Assembly: GCA_020184695.1 (NCBI GenBank)
Contig: JAANOX010000281.1
Location: 1-63,106, forward strand
From: Histomonas meleagridis 2922-C6/04-290x
Lineage: Eukaryota; Protista; Parabasalia
Reading direction: 5' to 3'
DNA length: 63,106 bases
Shown: one piece after another, positions 47,223-58,503 of the stretch
Position numbering within the stretch: position 1 is the first letter of the stretch
Layout of the letters: every line of letters starts with the position of its first letter
Notes under the pieces: model-generated
What the model was told of the DNA's origin: nothing
Seen by the model: only the letters and a program-made list of their open reading frames with translations
The model's database searches: none
Translations under genes and position numbers: made by a program

Positions 47223-47300
47223 TCATCGAGCCTTAGCCCTCATTTGCCTCCTCTTTCTTTTAAGTCTCCGCATACGTTTCTTCAACCATTTTCCACGCAT
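47223..47300 (-). CDS. RPL41: Ribosomal protein L41 (eL41/eS32), 25 aa; absent from the ORF track
   Basis: [25 protein letters not shown], matching the [21 protein letters not shown] pattern. Confidence 0.92.
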   Translation of the reverse strand: [25 protein letters not shown]

Positions 47301-47752
47301 CTTTCCAAAGGAACGACCAAACCGCTGAAACGATGATTTTTTTCTGAAATGACTTACAACACAGAAGACAGAAATAAAAAATGTTACTACAATATTCCAA
47401 ATTTCTTATTAAAACAAGATCATAAAATTATAACAATGATTTTTCAATAAAATAACGATTATTGTATATTTTAAGTTTTTTACTTTAATTTTATGATGAT
47501 CAAGAAAAAAAAGTTTTTAAGTTCACCAACTTCAGTTCGATTTTTGACAGGCTAACTGTAATAACGGCCTATATTGAATCAAAAGTGCTTTTGTTATGAT
47601 TTTATAACGCTCAAAAATGTCTTAATTGAAAGAAAACGATGATACAAAACGTTATCATAACAATTAACACAAAACAAAAAAGTGACATGAAAGATGTATA
47701 CAAATAAATAGCCAGATACATTCAAATATTGAATGGCGCAACGATACACATT

Positions 47753-47757
47753 TCACT
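47753..47757 (+). promoter_or_regulatory. Inr-like element upstream of PFO
   Basis: TCACT 12 nt upstream of the ATG; matches the parabasalid initiator TCA(+1)Y(T/A). Confidence 0.5.
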
Positions 47758-47769
47758 TAATTAGTAAAA

Positions 47770-50700
47770 ATGTCGCTTAGCTCTAAGGGACTTTACACAC
47801 CAGACGTTTCAAGAAGCTTTGCAAAATTGGTACCTGTAGATGGAAATGGCGCTGCCGCACACGTTGCTTACCATATGAGCGAAGCATCATTATTATATCC
47901 AATCACACCATCAACAGCAATGGGAGAACAATATGATAAATGGGCTGCAAGTGGTAAGAAGAATGTCTTTGGTCATGTTCCAGTTTGCCGTGTTCTTCAA
48001 TCAGAAGCAGGTGCTGCTGGAGCTCTTCATGGTGCTGCATCCGTTGGAACATTTTGCACAACATTCACTGCTTCACAAGGTTTGCTTTTGATGATTCCTA
48101 ACATGTTAAAGACAGCAGGTGAATTATGGCCAGCTGTATTTCATGTAGCTGCACGTGCAGTTTCTACACAAGCTTTATCCATTCAAGGCGATCATGCAGA
48201 TGTCATGTGCGTTAAAAACACAGGTTTTGCAATGCTTTCATCATCAACTGTTCAAGAATGTCAAGATCTTGCTGCAATTGCTCACATGTCAACAGTTGAT
48301 GCACAAATACCATTTGTTCACTTCTTCGAAGGATTTAGACTTTCACATGAAATTGATTCAATTGTTCAATTAACACCAGAAGAAATGAAACAATTAATGC
48401 CATTTGAAAAACTTAATCAAATCAGAAACAGGTCATTAAATCCTGCTCACCCAATGGCATTAGGACATTCCCAAGGAGCTGATGCATATTTCCAAACTGT
48501 TGAACTTTATAATCCATTTTATGACAAGTTACCAGAAATTGTTGAAGCGAACATGAAGAAATTTGCTGATCTTACAGGAAGAGAATATCATCTTTTCGAT
48601 TATTATGGACATCCACAAGCAGAAGATGTTATTGTTATGATGGGTGCAGGTTCTACATCTGTTCGTGAATGCATTGATCTTATGAAAGGTGAAAAAGTTG
48701 GTTTAATAATTCCAAGACTTTATCGTCCATGGTCCTCAAAGCGTTTCCTTGAAATCTTACCTAAGACTGTCAAACGTGTTTCAATTATGGATCGTTCTAA
48801 AGATCCTGCAGCTCCAGCAGAACCATTATTCATGGATGTTGCATATACACTTAAGCAAGCAGGGCACCCCGCCAAATGTTATGGAGGCCGTTACGGACTT
48901 GCCTCCAAAGATTTCACGCCACTTCATGCTAAGGCAATTTATGATAACATGAGGTCATCACAACCTAAAGAACACTTCACTGTTGGAATTAATGATGATG
49001 TCACATTCTTATCATTACCAAAAGCAGAGTTACCAGGATTTGGCGAAGATTCCAAAGTATCACAATCAATCTTCTGGGGTCTTGGAGGTGATGGAACAAT
49101 TGGTGCCAACAAAGCAGCTATTAAAGCATGCATTGATGAACGTGGAATTTATGCGCAAGGATACTTTGCATATTCAGCCGATAAATCCAATTCCCTTACA
49201 CGTTCATATTTAAGAATGTCACCAAATCCAATTCATTCACAATATACAATTACACATGCAGACTTTGTAGGTTGTACATTACCATCATATGTTACCCAAT
49301 ATCCAATGGCTGAAAATCTTAAGGATGGCGGAGTCTTCTTCCTTAACTTCCCAAGCTCAGACATCAGTTATTTAGACAAATTCCTTCCAGCAGATTTCAA
49401 GCGTAAGTTAGCCAAGAAGCATGCCAAGTTATATGTTATTGATGCTTCCTCATTAGCACTGGAATGCGGATTAAATGGTAAAATCTCCACAATCGTTCAA
49501 GCATGTTATTATCATTTAACACAAGTATTAGGTAAGAATTGGTTACCAATTACACTTAAATGGATCGAAAAAGAATTTGGTCGCTTAGGTGATGATGTTG
49601 TTAATAAGAATAAGAAAGCAGCAAGTATGGCATCTGAAAGACTTAAACTTATTCCAATTCCAGATTATTGGTTAACAGCTGAAGATGAACCAGGACAATT
49701 TATCTCTAAGTCCGAAATATCATTTATGAAGAAACCTACACATGAAATACCTAAATATAAGACAGAAGTATTAGATAAAGTATTTACCACAAAAGGAGGA
49801 TCATTACCAGTTTCAGCATTTAAGGATAGTCTTGGAGGTATTTCACCAGTAGCTTCAACTAAATGGTTAAAGAAAGGACTTTCACAATCAGCGCCATCAT
49901 GGAATTCTACAACATGTATCCAATGTAATGCATGTTCAGCAGTATGCCCACAATCAGTCATTCGTCCATTCTTAATCACAGAAGAAGAAATCAAATCAGC
50001 GCCTAAACAAATCCAAAGAGATTTAGTTACAATCAAAGCTAAAGGTAAAGAATTAAAGGGATTACAATATCGTATCCAATGTTCACCATATGATTGCATT
50101 AATTGTAAACTTTGTGTTGATATCTGTCCAACTAAAAGTCTTACAATGAAACAAACTATAGGTAATGATGAAGCATTACAATATGCTAAGGAACAAAATG
50201 ACTTATTCATTTATCTTGATGATGTTATACCAAATCGTGGACATTTAATCAAAGATAAATATACAGTTCGTGGATCACAATTCCAAAAGCCACTTATAGA
50301 ATTCCCAGGTTCATGTCAAGGATGCAATGAAACATTAGTTGCAAAGATTGCGACACAATTATTCGGAAAGCGTATGTTAATAGCTAATGCATCAGGTTGT
50401 TCATCAGTTTGGGGCGGTTCATTCTCAAAGATTCCATTTACTACTGATGAAAATGGAAGAGGACCAGCATGGGCACGTTCATTATTTGAAGATAATGCTG
50501 AATTTGGCTTTGGCATGACAATTGGTCTTGAATTACGTCGGAAACAACTTCATGAAGACTTAACACCAATTATTAATGACAAAATCTTCATGATGAAATT
50601 ACCAAAGGAATTATCAAATGCATTAAATGAATGGTATAATGATTGGATGGATGGAGAAAAGACACTTCAACTTGAGCCAATATTATTAGAACAACTTAAT

Positions 50701-51429
50701 AACAATCGTCATATCAAACGTCTTGACGTATTACAAGATAAGAGGGACTTATGGGTTAAGCCATCCAATTGGATCTTCGGTGGAGATGGATGGGCTTATG
50801 ACATTGGATTTGGAGGCTTAGATCATGTAATGGCATCTGGAAAGAACTTCAATGTATTAGTGTTCGATAATGAAATCTATGCTAACACAGGAGGACAACA
50901 ATCGAAGGCTACGCAATTAGGCGCAATTGCAGAATTCGCTGCTAATGGTAAAGATACACCTAAGAAAGACTTAGGCTTCATGATGATGGGTTATGGTAAT
51001 GTTTATGTTGCTTCATGCGCTTTAGGCACACAAAATGATTTGAAGCATTTGATCAAATGTTTGAAGGAAGCAGAATCATTCGATGGTCCTTCATTAGTAC
51101 TTGTATACTGCAACTGTATTATGCACCACATTAAAGGAGCTATTGGCGCAGCGTCATTCAAGGCACACCAATTGGCTGTAGAAAGTGGATATTGGCCAAT
51201 TTACTCGTACGACCCACGAAGAGAGAAAGAAGGAAAGAACCCATTGGAGTTCTTATCGAAGAAGCCTGATTTGGAGAAGTTGGATAAGTTCTTGGATATG
51301 GAAGTGAGATACAATAGATTAAAGAAGAATAACCCTAAGCTCGCAAAGGAATTAAGAAACAAGTTACATAAGGATGTGCTCAAGAATTACAAGAAATATC
51401 TCACATTTTCAAAGGTTTTTGAACCATGA
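47770..51429 (+). CDS. PFO: Hydrogenosomal pyruvate:ferredoxin oxidoreductase
   Basis: YPITPS, QSEAGAAG, two CxxCxxCxxxCP clusters, GDGWAYDIG TPP motif, short N-terminal presequence. Confidence 0.97.
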   Translation: MSLSSKGLYTPDVSRSFAKLVPVDGNGAAAHVAYHMSEASLLYPITPSTAMGEQYDKWAASGKKNVFGHVPVCRVLQSEAGAAGALHGAASVGTFCTTFTASQGLLLMIPNMLKTAGELWPAVFHVAARAVSTQALSIQGDHADVMCVKNTGFAMLSSSTVQECQDLAAIAHMSTVDAQIPFVHFFEGFRLSHEIDSIVQLTPEEMKQLMPFEKLNQIRNRSLNPAHPMALGHSQGADAYFQTVELYNPFYDKLPEIVEANMKKFADLTGREYHLFDYYGHPQAEDVIVMMGAGSTSVRECIDLMKGEKVGLIIPRLYRPWSSKRFLEILPKTVKRVSIMDRSKDPAAPAEPLFMDVAYTLKQAGHPAKCYGGRYGLASKDFTPLHAKAIYDNMRSSQPKEHFTVGINDDVTFLSLPKAELPGFGEDSKVSQSIFWGLGGDGTIGANKAAIKACIDERGIYAQGYFAYSADKSNSLTRSYLRMSPNPIHSQYTITHADFVGCTLPSYVTQYPMAENLKDGGVFFLNFPSSDISYLDKFLPADFKRKLAKKHAKLYVIDASSLALECGLNGKISTIVQACYYHLTQVLGKNWLPITLKWIEKEFGRLGDDVVNKNKKAASMASERLKLIPIPDYWLTAEDEPGQFISKSEISFMKKPTHEIPKYKTEVLDKVFTTKGGSLPVSAFKDSLGGISPVASTKWLKKGLSQSAPSWNSTTCIQCNACSAVCPQSVIRPFLITEEEIKSAPKQIQRDLVTIKAKGKELKGLQYRIQCSPYDCINCKLCVDICPTKSLTMKQTIGNDEALQYAKEQNDLFIYLDDVIPNRGHLIKDKYTVRGSQFQKPLIEFPGSCQGCNETLVAKIATQLFGKRMLIANASGCSSVWGGSFSKIPFTTDENGRGPAWARSLFEDNAEFGFGMTIGLELRRKQLHEDLTPIINDKIFMMKLPKELSNALNEWYNDWMDGEKTLQLEPILLEQLNNNRHIKRLDVLQDKRDLWVKPSNWIFGGDGWAYDIGFGGLDHVMASGKNFNVLVFDNEIYANTGGQQSKATQLGAIAEFAANGKDTPKKDLGFMMMGYGNVYVASCALGTQNDLKHLIKCLKEAESFDGPSLVLVYCNCIMHHIKGAIGAASFKAHQLAVESGYWPIYSYDPRREKEGKNPLEFLSKKPDLEKLDKFLDMEVRYNRLKKNNPKLAKELRNKLHKDVLKNYKKYLTFSKVFEP

Positions 51430-52061
51430 AAAATAGTAAAAACTCCAAAATAACTGAGTAAGTCAAAAGATGTTTTCGTATCTTTCATTTGATTCGAAAG
51501 ATATTTGTTTGAGAAGTGATAGGAATTCTTTAGAGATAAGAGCGGAGAAAGAGCTGTGCACTAATTCGAAATAAATTGTATGAAGTAATCAGCAAAACAT
51601 TTTGAACAAATTTCCGATTTGAATCAATTTTATTATATTAACACAACTATTATTCTTTTAAGCAAAACAAATGTTTTATGCATATTTCATCGAGTTATAT
51701 TGTTGTATGTTTCAAGCGTAAAAAAAAATTTATCCATTTTTCCCACAGAACATTAACCCTTGGAGATAAAAGTGCCAGAACATTTTTTTCAATGATTTAT
51801 AATCGTTGCCAGAAATTAAAAACATGTTTATCTTTAAAATTATTTTACTTAATGCAAATTTAACTCAACAAAATTACTGCCTTTATATGGGGTATATAGT
51901 TTACTTCTTTTGAACCAATTATTTCATTTGGAATTCTCAAAAATTCCCTTTTTTTCTTCCTGGCCGCTAGCTAATCTATTCAATTTGTTTGGCCAGGAGC
52001 TTACAATTTAAATAGTGTCACCATTGAAATTTGAGGAGCTAACCATTGAAAAATAGTCATA

Positions 52062-52066
52062 TCACT
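52062..52066 (+). promoter_or_regulatory. Inr-like element upstream of malic enzyme
   Basis: TCACT 7 nt upstream of the ATG. Confidence 0.5.
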
Positions 52067-52073
52067 TTGCATC

Positions 52074-53795
52074 ATGTCTCTTGTTTCATCAACAAGCAGC
52101 ACATCATTCGCTCGTGGTTTTGCCCTTTGCAAGGCAGCTCTCCCATACAGAAAGGTTGGTATTGATCTTTTACATGATAGCCAACTTAACCATGGAACTG
52201 GTTTCACACATGAAGAACGTGATCGTTTCCATCTTCGTGGTTTACTTCCACACAAGGTTTTCACAGTCGACGAACAAGTTCAACGTATCCGTAAACAATT
52301 TGAACTTCTTCCAACACCACTCTTAAAGTACATTTTCCTTGCCAACGAACGTGAAAAGAACGAACACACATTCTGGCGTTTCCTTTACACATATCCAGCC
52401 GAACTTACAATGCCAGTTCTTTATACTCCAACAGTCGGTGAAGTTTGCACCAAGTGGGCACTTCACAGACAATCATACCGCGGTATCTACATCACACCAG
52501 AAGATTCTGGTCATATCAAAGAAATTCTTCGTAACTATCCATCACAAGATATCCGCTGCATTGTCGTTACAGATGGTGGCCGTATCCTTGGTCTTGGCGA
52601 TCTTGGTGCTTCCGGTCTTGGTATCCCAGTTGGTAAGCTTATGCTTTACACCCTCTGCGGTCAAGTTAATCCGTACTACACATTACCAATCCAACTTGAT
52701 GTTGGTACAGATCGTAAGGAAATCCTCAACGATCCACTCTACGAAGGCTGGAGACATCCACGTCTTAGGGGTGATGAGCATCTCAAATTTGTCTCCGAAT
52801 TTGTTGATGCTGTCAAAGAAGTTTATGGCTCAACATGTCTTATCCAATGGGAAGACTTCGAAATGGAAACAGCATTCCGTCTTCTTGACCATTTCCGCTG
52901 GAGGTGCAATTGCTTCAACGATGATATCGAAGGCACAGCCGCAGTTACAGCAGCCGCTGTTGCATGCGCACCACGTATCAAAGGCGTAAAACCACTTTGG
53001 GAACAAAAGATTATCTTTATTGGTGCTGGCTCAGCCGCCACAGGCATTGCCAACCTCATTGTTGACATGGCACAATCCCAATCCAAGCTTCCACGTGAGA
53101 TGCTCCTTAAGAACATCATCATGTTCGATGCCAAGGGAATGGTCACAGCCGATCGTACTGATCTCTATGACTTCAACAAGCCATTCATGCACAAGATGCA
53201 TCGCTATGACTCCGTCCTCGAAGCATGCCAGAAGTGGGGTGCAACAGGCATCATTGGTGTTTCTGGTTGCCCAGGACTTATTACAAAGGAAATTGTTGAA
53301 CAACTTTGTAAGAACACAGAACGCCCAATCGTCTTCGCTCTTTCCAACCCAACAATCAAGGCCGAGTGCACTGCCGAACAAGCTTACAAGTGGTCCAACG
53401 AAAAGGCACTCTTCTGCTCTGGTTCACCATTCCCAGACTACAAGACAAAGAGCGGAAAGACACTCGTACCATCACAAGCTAACAACTCTTGGATCTTCCC
53501 TGCCGTTGGTTTCGCTCTCGTTGCTACAAAGGCTCGCCATTGCCCATCAAAGGTATTCGAAGTTGCTGCTTTGTCACTCGCCAAGTTAACAACTAAAGAA
53601 GACCTCGAAAAGAGCGCTTTGTTACCACCAATGGCTCTCATTAGAGAAAAGGCTAGAGACATCTCACTCGATGTGGCTAAGTACTTATACGAACAAGAAT
53701 TGGCCACTGCTGAAATACCAGCTCATATGACACTCGCTGAATTCCTCGAAAGTCAACGTTTCAACCCATCCGGTGAATACGATCACGTTTACTAA
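52074..53795 (+). CDS. Hydrogenosomal malic enzyme (AP65-like)
   Basis: VLYTPTVG, VVTDGGRILGLGDLG, FNDDIEGT, GAGSAATG, FALSNPT; presequence MSLVSSTSSTSFARG. Confidence 0.97.
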   Translation: MSLVSSTSSTSFARGFALCKAALPYRKVGIDLLHDSQLNHGTGFTHEERDRFHLRGLLPHKVFTVDEQVQRIRKQFELLPTPLLKYIFLANEREKNEHTFWRFLYTYPAELTMPVLYTPTVGEVCTKWALHRQSYRGIYITPEDSGHIKEILRNYPSQDIRCIVVTDGGRILGLGDLGASGLGIPVGKLMLYTLCGQVNPYYTLPIQLDVGTDRKEILNDPLYEGWRHPRLRGDEHLKFVSEFVDAVKEVYGSTCLIQWEDFEMETAFRLLDHFRWRCNCFNDDIEGTAAVTAAAVACAPRIKGVKPLWEQKIIFIGAGSAATGIANLIVDMAQSQSKLPREMLLKNIIMFDAKGMVTADRTDLYDFNKPFMHKMHRYDSVLEACQKWGATGIIGVSGCPGLITKEIVEQLCKNTERPIVFALSNPTIKAECTAEQAYKWSNEKALFCSGSPFPDYKTKSGKTLVPSQANNSWIFPAVGFALVATKARHCPSKVFEVAALSLAKLTTKEDLEKSALLPPMALIREKARDISLDVAKYLYEQELATAEIPAHMTLAEFLESQRFNPSGEYDHVY

Positions 53796-53985
53796 ATAAA
53801 TTAAATTGGTGCAATTAACGTATAAATGTTTGACATGAATTTGAGGAACTTTGTTTGCAATTTGGTTTTTTAACATTTTTAACATATGACTACGTAAATG
53901 CAATGCTAAATGTAATAGAACACATTGTCTGCGCATTTGAAATTTTTTTTTTACACAAGAACTTCAAAGAATAATCAAAATTTTG

Positions 53986-56680
53986 GATCTTTGGAAATGT
54001 CGTTGAAGTGCTTAAAGGTTCTTCAATCCATGATAATCGTTCTGATAAAGCCCAATAGATGCGATAATAAAACTATCCTTCCTTTGTATTTTCGTTTTTA
54101 GTTTTTTTCAAAACGATAAACTATTTAATTAGACGCAAATTTGTTTAAATGGTGAAACATTTTAAGGGTTATGTTATAATATACCAAAGTGATACATTTG
54201 ATGGGTTAAATATAACAATGATGAACGAAAGCCGATGCTAACACTGTTATTTTGTATTAAATATTGTTAATAACACAAATATGTCTTCATCCAATTTTCC
54301 TCTTAAAGTAATCATATATCGAAATGTTTTCATCTTATGTAACTTTAGAACATTCGTCACATATATTTTTTTCTTTACACAAACATTAAGTATTTAATTT
54401 TAGTATTATTTTTGGTTTTTTACTTATTTTTGACAATAGTGAAATAAAAAATGATGCCTAATGGGAATATGCGTTTTTTTCTGTAGTTTTGATTACAGCG
54501 TTCTTTTACCATTGCTTTTTATATTGTTAATTCATATTTAACATAATAACCAAAAAACCGAAGAAGAATCATATGATATTAATGAAAACGACAATTAAAA
54601 AAATAATTTTTCAATTAAATATTCCCAAAATTATATTAAAGAAGAACCATTTCATAAAGATTTCAAAGAGGATGGTCATGTAGCTCACATATGATGTTAT
54701 TCATGCTTGTTAATAAGGGTTTTAATTACAGTAAATATTATATTTTTAAAATACACTTCAACTAGTAAAATATTAAAACAAAATATTTCAGGACAAATTA
54801 TATTTCTATTCATAGCAAAAATTTTATTAATTACATTTTTTGAATTATTTTTATGAGGTTCGAAATATTAATTATATAATGTTCAAGAATTATTATGAAT
54901 GATTTTTTATTTTTTAGTTTTGATGCTTTCATAATTGCTGAATGAAAATATATAAATAGTTTCCAAATGTTAATTTAAAATATTAAATTATTATAATGAA
55001 TATTAAATAAAACAAATAAATATCTTTAGCATTAATATCAATACCTTTTTGTTCAAGAAGTAATTTAACAGTATCTATATGACCATTTTCAGATGCTTTT
55101 ATAAGTGCTGTTTCAAATAATTTAAATAATTCCCAAAAACGATTATTAAACGTTAAATAATCAAAATAAATTAAATTTTTAGCATTAATATCAATTCCTT
55201 TTTGTTCGAGAAGTAATTTAACAGTATTTATATAACCCTTTGCAGATGCATACATAAGTGCTGTTTCAAATGTTTTAAGTAAACACCATAAATTATTTTG
55301 AAACATTAAATGATCAAAATAAATTAAATTTTTATCATTAATATCAATTCCTTGTTCATGAAACAAATCAACAATATCTAAATAACCATTTTCATATGCA
55401 CACATAAGTGCTGCATAAAATAATTTAAATGATTTTTAAATATTATTTTGAAATATTCCAAAATTATCAAAATAAATATTAAATCAAATAAATAAATATC
55501 TTTATCATTGATATCAATTCCTTCTTGTTCAAGTAGTAATTTAACTATTTCTGAATAACCCTTTGCAGATGCTTTTATAAGTGCTGTTTCAGATATTTTA
55601 AGTACACACCATAAATTATTTTGAAACATTAAATGATCAAAATAAATTAAATTTTTAGCATTAATATCAATTCCTTTTTGTTCAAGAAGTAATTTAACTA
55701 TAAATGTGTAACCTTTTTTGGATGCCATTATAAGTGCTGTTTCAAATAATTTAAATAATTTCCAAATATTATTTTAAAACGACAAATTATTATAATAAGT
55801 ATTTTATAAAATTTATAAATATCTTTAGCATTAATATTTATTCCTTCTTGTTCAAGAAGTAACTTAACAATTTCACTTTTTTCCAACTCAGAAGCCAAAA
55901 TAAGTGCTGTTTTAATGAATTTTAATATATTCCTAAAAAATTTACACAAATTTATAAAATATTACAAATATATTCCTTTGATATTGATATCAATATCTTT
56001 GTGTTCAATAAGTATTTTAACGTAATGCGTTCTGTTGTAACGTATTGCATGCATCAAAAGGGTATAAAATATTTTTATTAAATTCCATACTAATTTATTT
56101 TAAAACACGATGTAAACGAAATTAATATCAATTATATTAAAATAATATCTATTACATTAATATCAATACCTTCATGTTGAACTAGTTCTTCGAAAATCTT
56201 GGGGTAGCCATCTACAATTGCTTGTGTTAATGCTGTGTAAAATATTTGAAAAAATATCCAAATATTTATATAAAATATAAAAACTTTTAAATAAATATCG
56301 AATTAAATATATATATATCTTTAGCATTGACATCAATTCCTTCTTGTTTAAGTAATATTTTAACTATATCTAATTGATTATGATATGTGGCTATAATAAG
56401 TGCTATTGAAAGTAATTAGAAAAATTACTATATATAAAATTATAACGCCAAATTATAATGAATAATATTAAATCACTTTAACAAATATTTATATCATTAA
56501 CATCAATACCATTTTGTTCAAGAAGCAATTTAACGATTTCTATATGACCGTTTTGTGATGCTAACATAAGTGCTGTCCAAAATAATTTGAATAATTTCCA
56601 AATATTATATTATATTATCAAATCATTGAAATAAATATTAAAATAAACAAATAAATATCTTTAGCATTAATATCAATTCC
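53986..56680 (-). repeat. Inverted segmental duplicate of ~6130-8103 (LAG1 3' end, downstream region, ankyrin cassettes)
   Basis: 53986-54058 is the reverse complement of 8031-8103; homology continues through the intergenic region and the ankyrin units. Confidence 0.9.
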
Positions 56681-58503
56681 TTCTTTTTCAAGAAGTAATT
56701 TGACTATTTCTGTATGACCATAATAAGATGCAAAAATAAGTGCTGTTTTAAATAAAAAAAATAATTTCCAAATATTATTTTGAAATATAAAATTATTAAA
56801 ATAAATTCTAAATATAAACAAATATCTTTAGCATTAATATCAATTCCTTCTTGTTCAAGAAGTAATTTGACTATTTCTGTATGACCTTTTTCAGATGCTC
56901 TAATAAGTGCTGTTCCAAAAAATTTAAATAATTTCCAAATATTATTTTGAAATATCAAATTATTAAAATAAATATTAAATAAAACAAATAAATATCTTTA
57001 GCATTAATATCAATTCCTTCTTGTTTAAGAAGTAATTTAACAGTATCTATATGACCATTTTCAGATGCATGCATAAGTGCTGTTTCAAATAATTTAAACA
57101 ATTTCCAAATATAATTTTGAAATATAAAATTATTAAAATAAATATTAAATAAAATAAATAAATACCTTTAGCATTAATATCAATTCCTTTTTGTTCAAGA
57201 AGCATTTGAACTATTTCATCATGACCATCATCAACTGATGCCATCATAAGTGCTGTCAAAAACAATACAAATAATATCCAAATATTGTTTTAAAATGTTA
57301 AATTATTAAAATTGATATCAAATTAAACAAATTAATATCTTTGGCATTAATATCTATACTTTTTTGTTCAAGTATTAATTTAATAGTTTCAATATTCTGT
57401 GATTGTATTGCATTAACCAAAATATCATGTGGAGTTTGATCAAACTTTTTAATAAAAAGTTTTAACATAAAAGTGTTTCCAATTTTTGCTGATTCTTTGA
57501 TAATATCTGAATTTATTTTCATTCCTTCTTCTTCTAAGAATGAGAAAATTTCATAGTTATTCTCGCTAACACATTTAACTCCTAACTCACTTAGATCATT
57601 AATTTTAACAAATTTATTTTCATAAATATACTTAAAGATATCATTTCGGTGAAATTTAATTGCAGTTTCATATGGATCTTCAAATGTTGAATGATTTTGT
57701 TCACATAAATGAATAATTTCTTCATTTCCACCTGCAATTGCATATTTACCTGTATTATTTACATTTGCACCATTCATAAGTAAATATTTAAAACATTTAA
57801 CTGATCCAAAAAATGCTGCATAATCAATTAATGTAACATTTTCTTGATTAATAAATGAATATCTTTCATAAAGTGATGGTTCAATAAATTGATCAAAATT
57901 AAAATCATTTTGTGATGATATTTCTTGAAGTTTTTCTATTTCATCATTTCGAATTATTTTTGCTATTTCATTCGGATTAACTCCTTCTTTAACGAATTTT
58001 TTGTGAAGTTCCCAATCATTATTTGATAGTTCTTTATAATTTTCATAAAAAGATGGAAAATATTCATCTAGGTCATATATTTCTTCTTTTGTTTTATAAT
58101 GTGCAAAATATATTGTTCTTTTGCTTTTCACAGAATTTGATTCAATTAAACCTTGTTCTATCATTTTTTCAAGTATATAATTTGATTCTTTAGAAGTTAA
58201 ACAGAGAATATATTTGCTGAAAATATCAGTAATGTTTGGAAGATTTTGATAATTTTCTTTTTCGCATTCTGCTGTTTTCTTAAAAAAATCAAAATACATA
58301 TTAAAATCATTTATTTTTGATATAATACAGGAATATATAAGACGACAAACAATTAAATTATAAGAATAAAAATAATTTGGATCAATTTCATCCATTGTTT
58401 CATGCATAGATTTTTCAAAGTTTTTTGCATTTAAGTTGAATAGTGTTTGTTCTACTCTTTGTAAAAATAGATTTTTGATTATGCTTTTATTTTTGTTTTC
58501 CAT
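54831..58503 (-). CDS. DUF3447 + ankyrin-repeat protein (locus B), 15 linkers with 17+3 architecture
   Basis: Open N-terminal ORF from 58503, then ~90-nt ankyrin units separated by 63-83 nt spacers that parse as (17 nt + codon)n. Confidence 0.8.
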
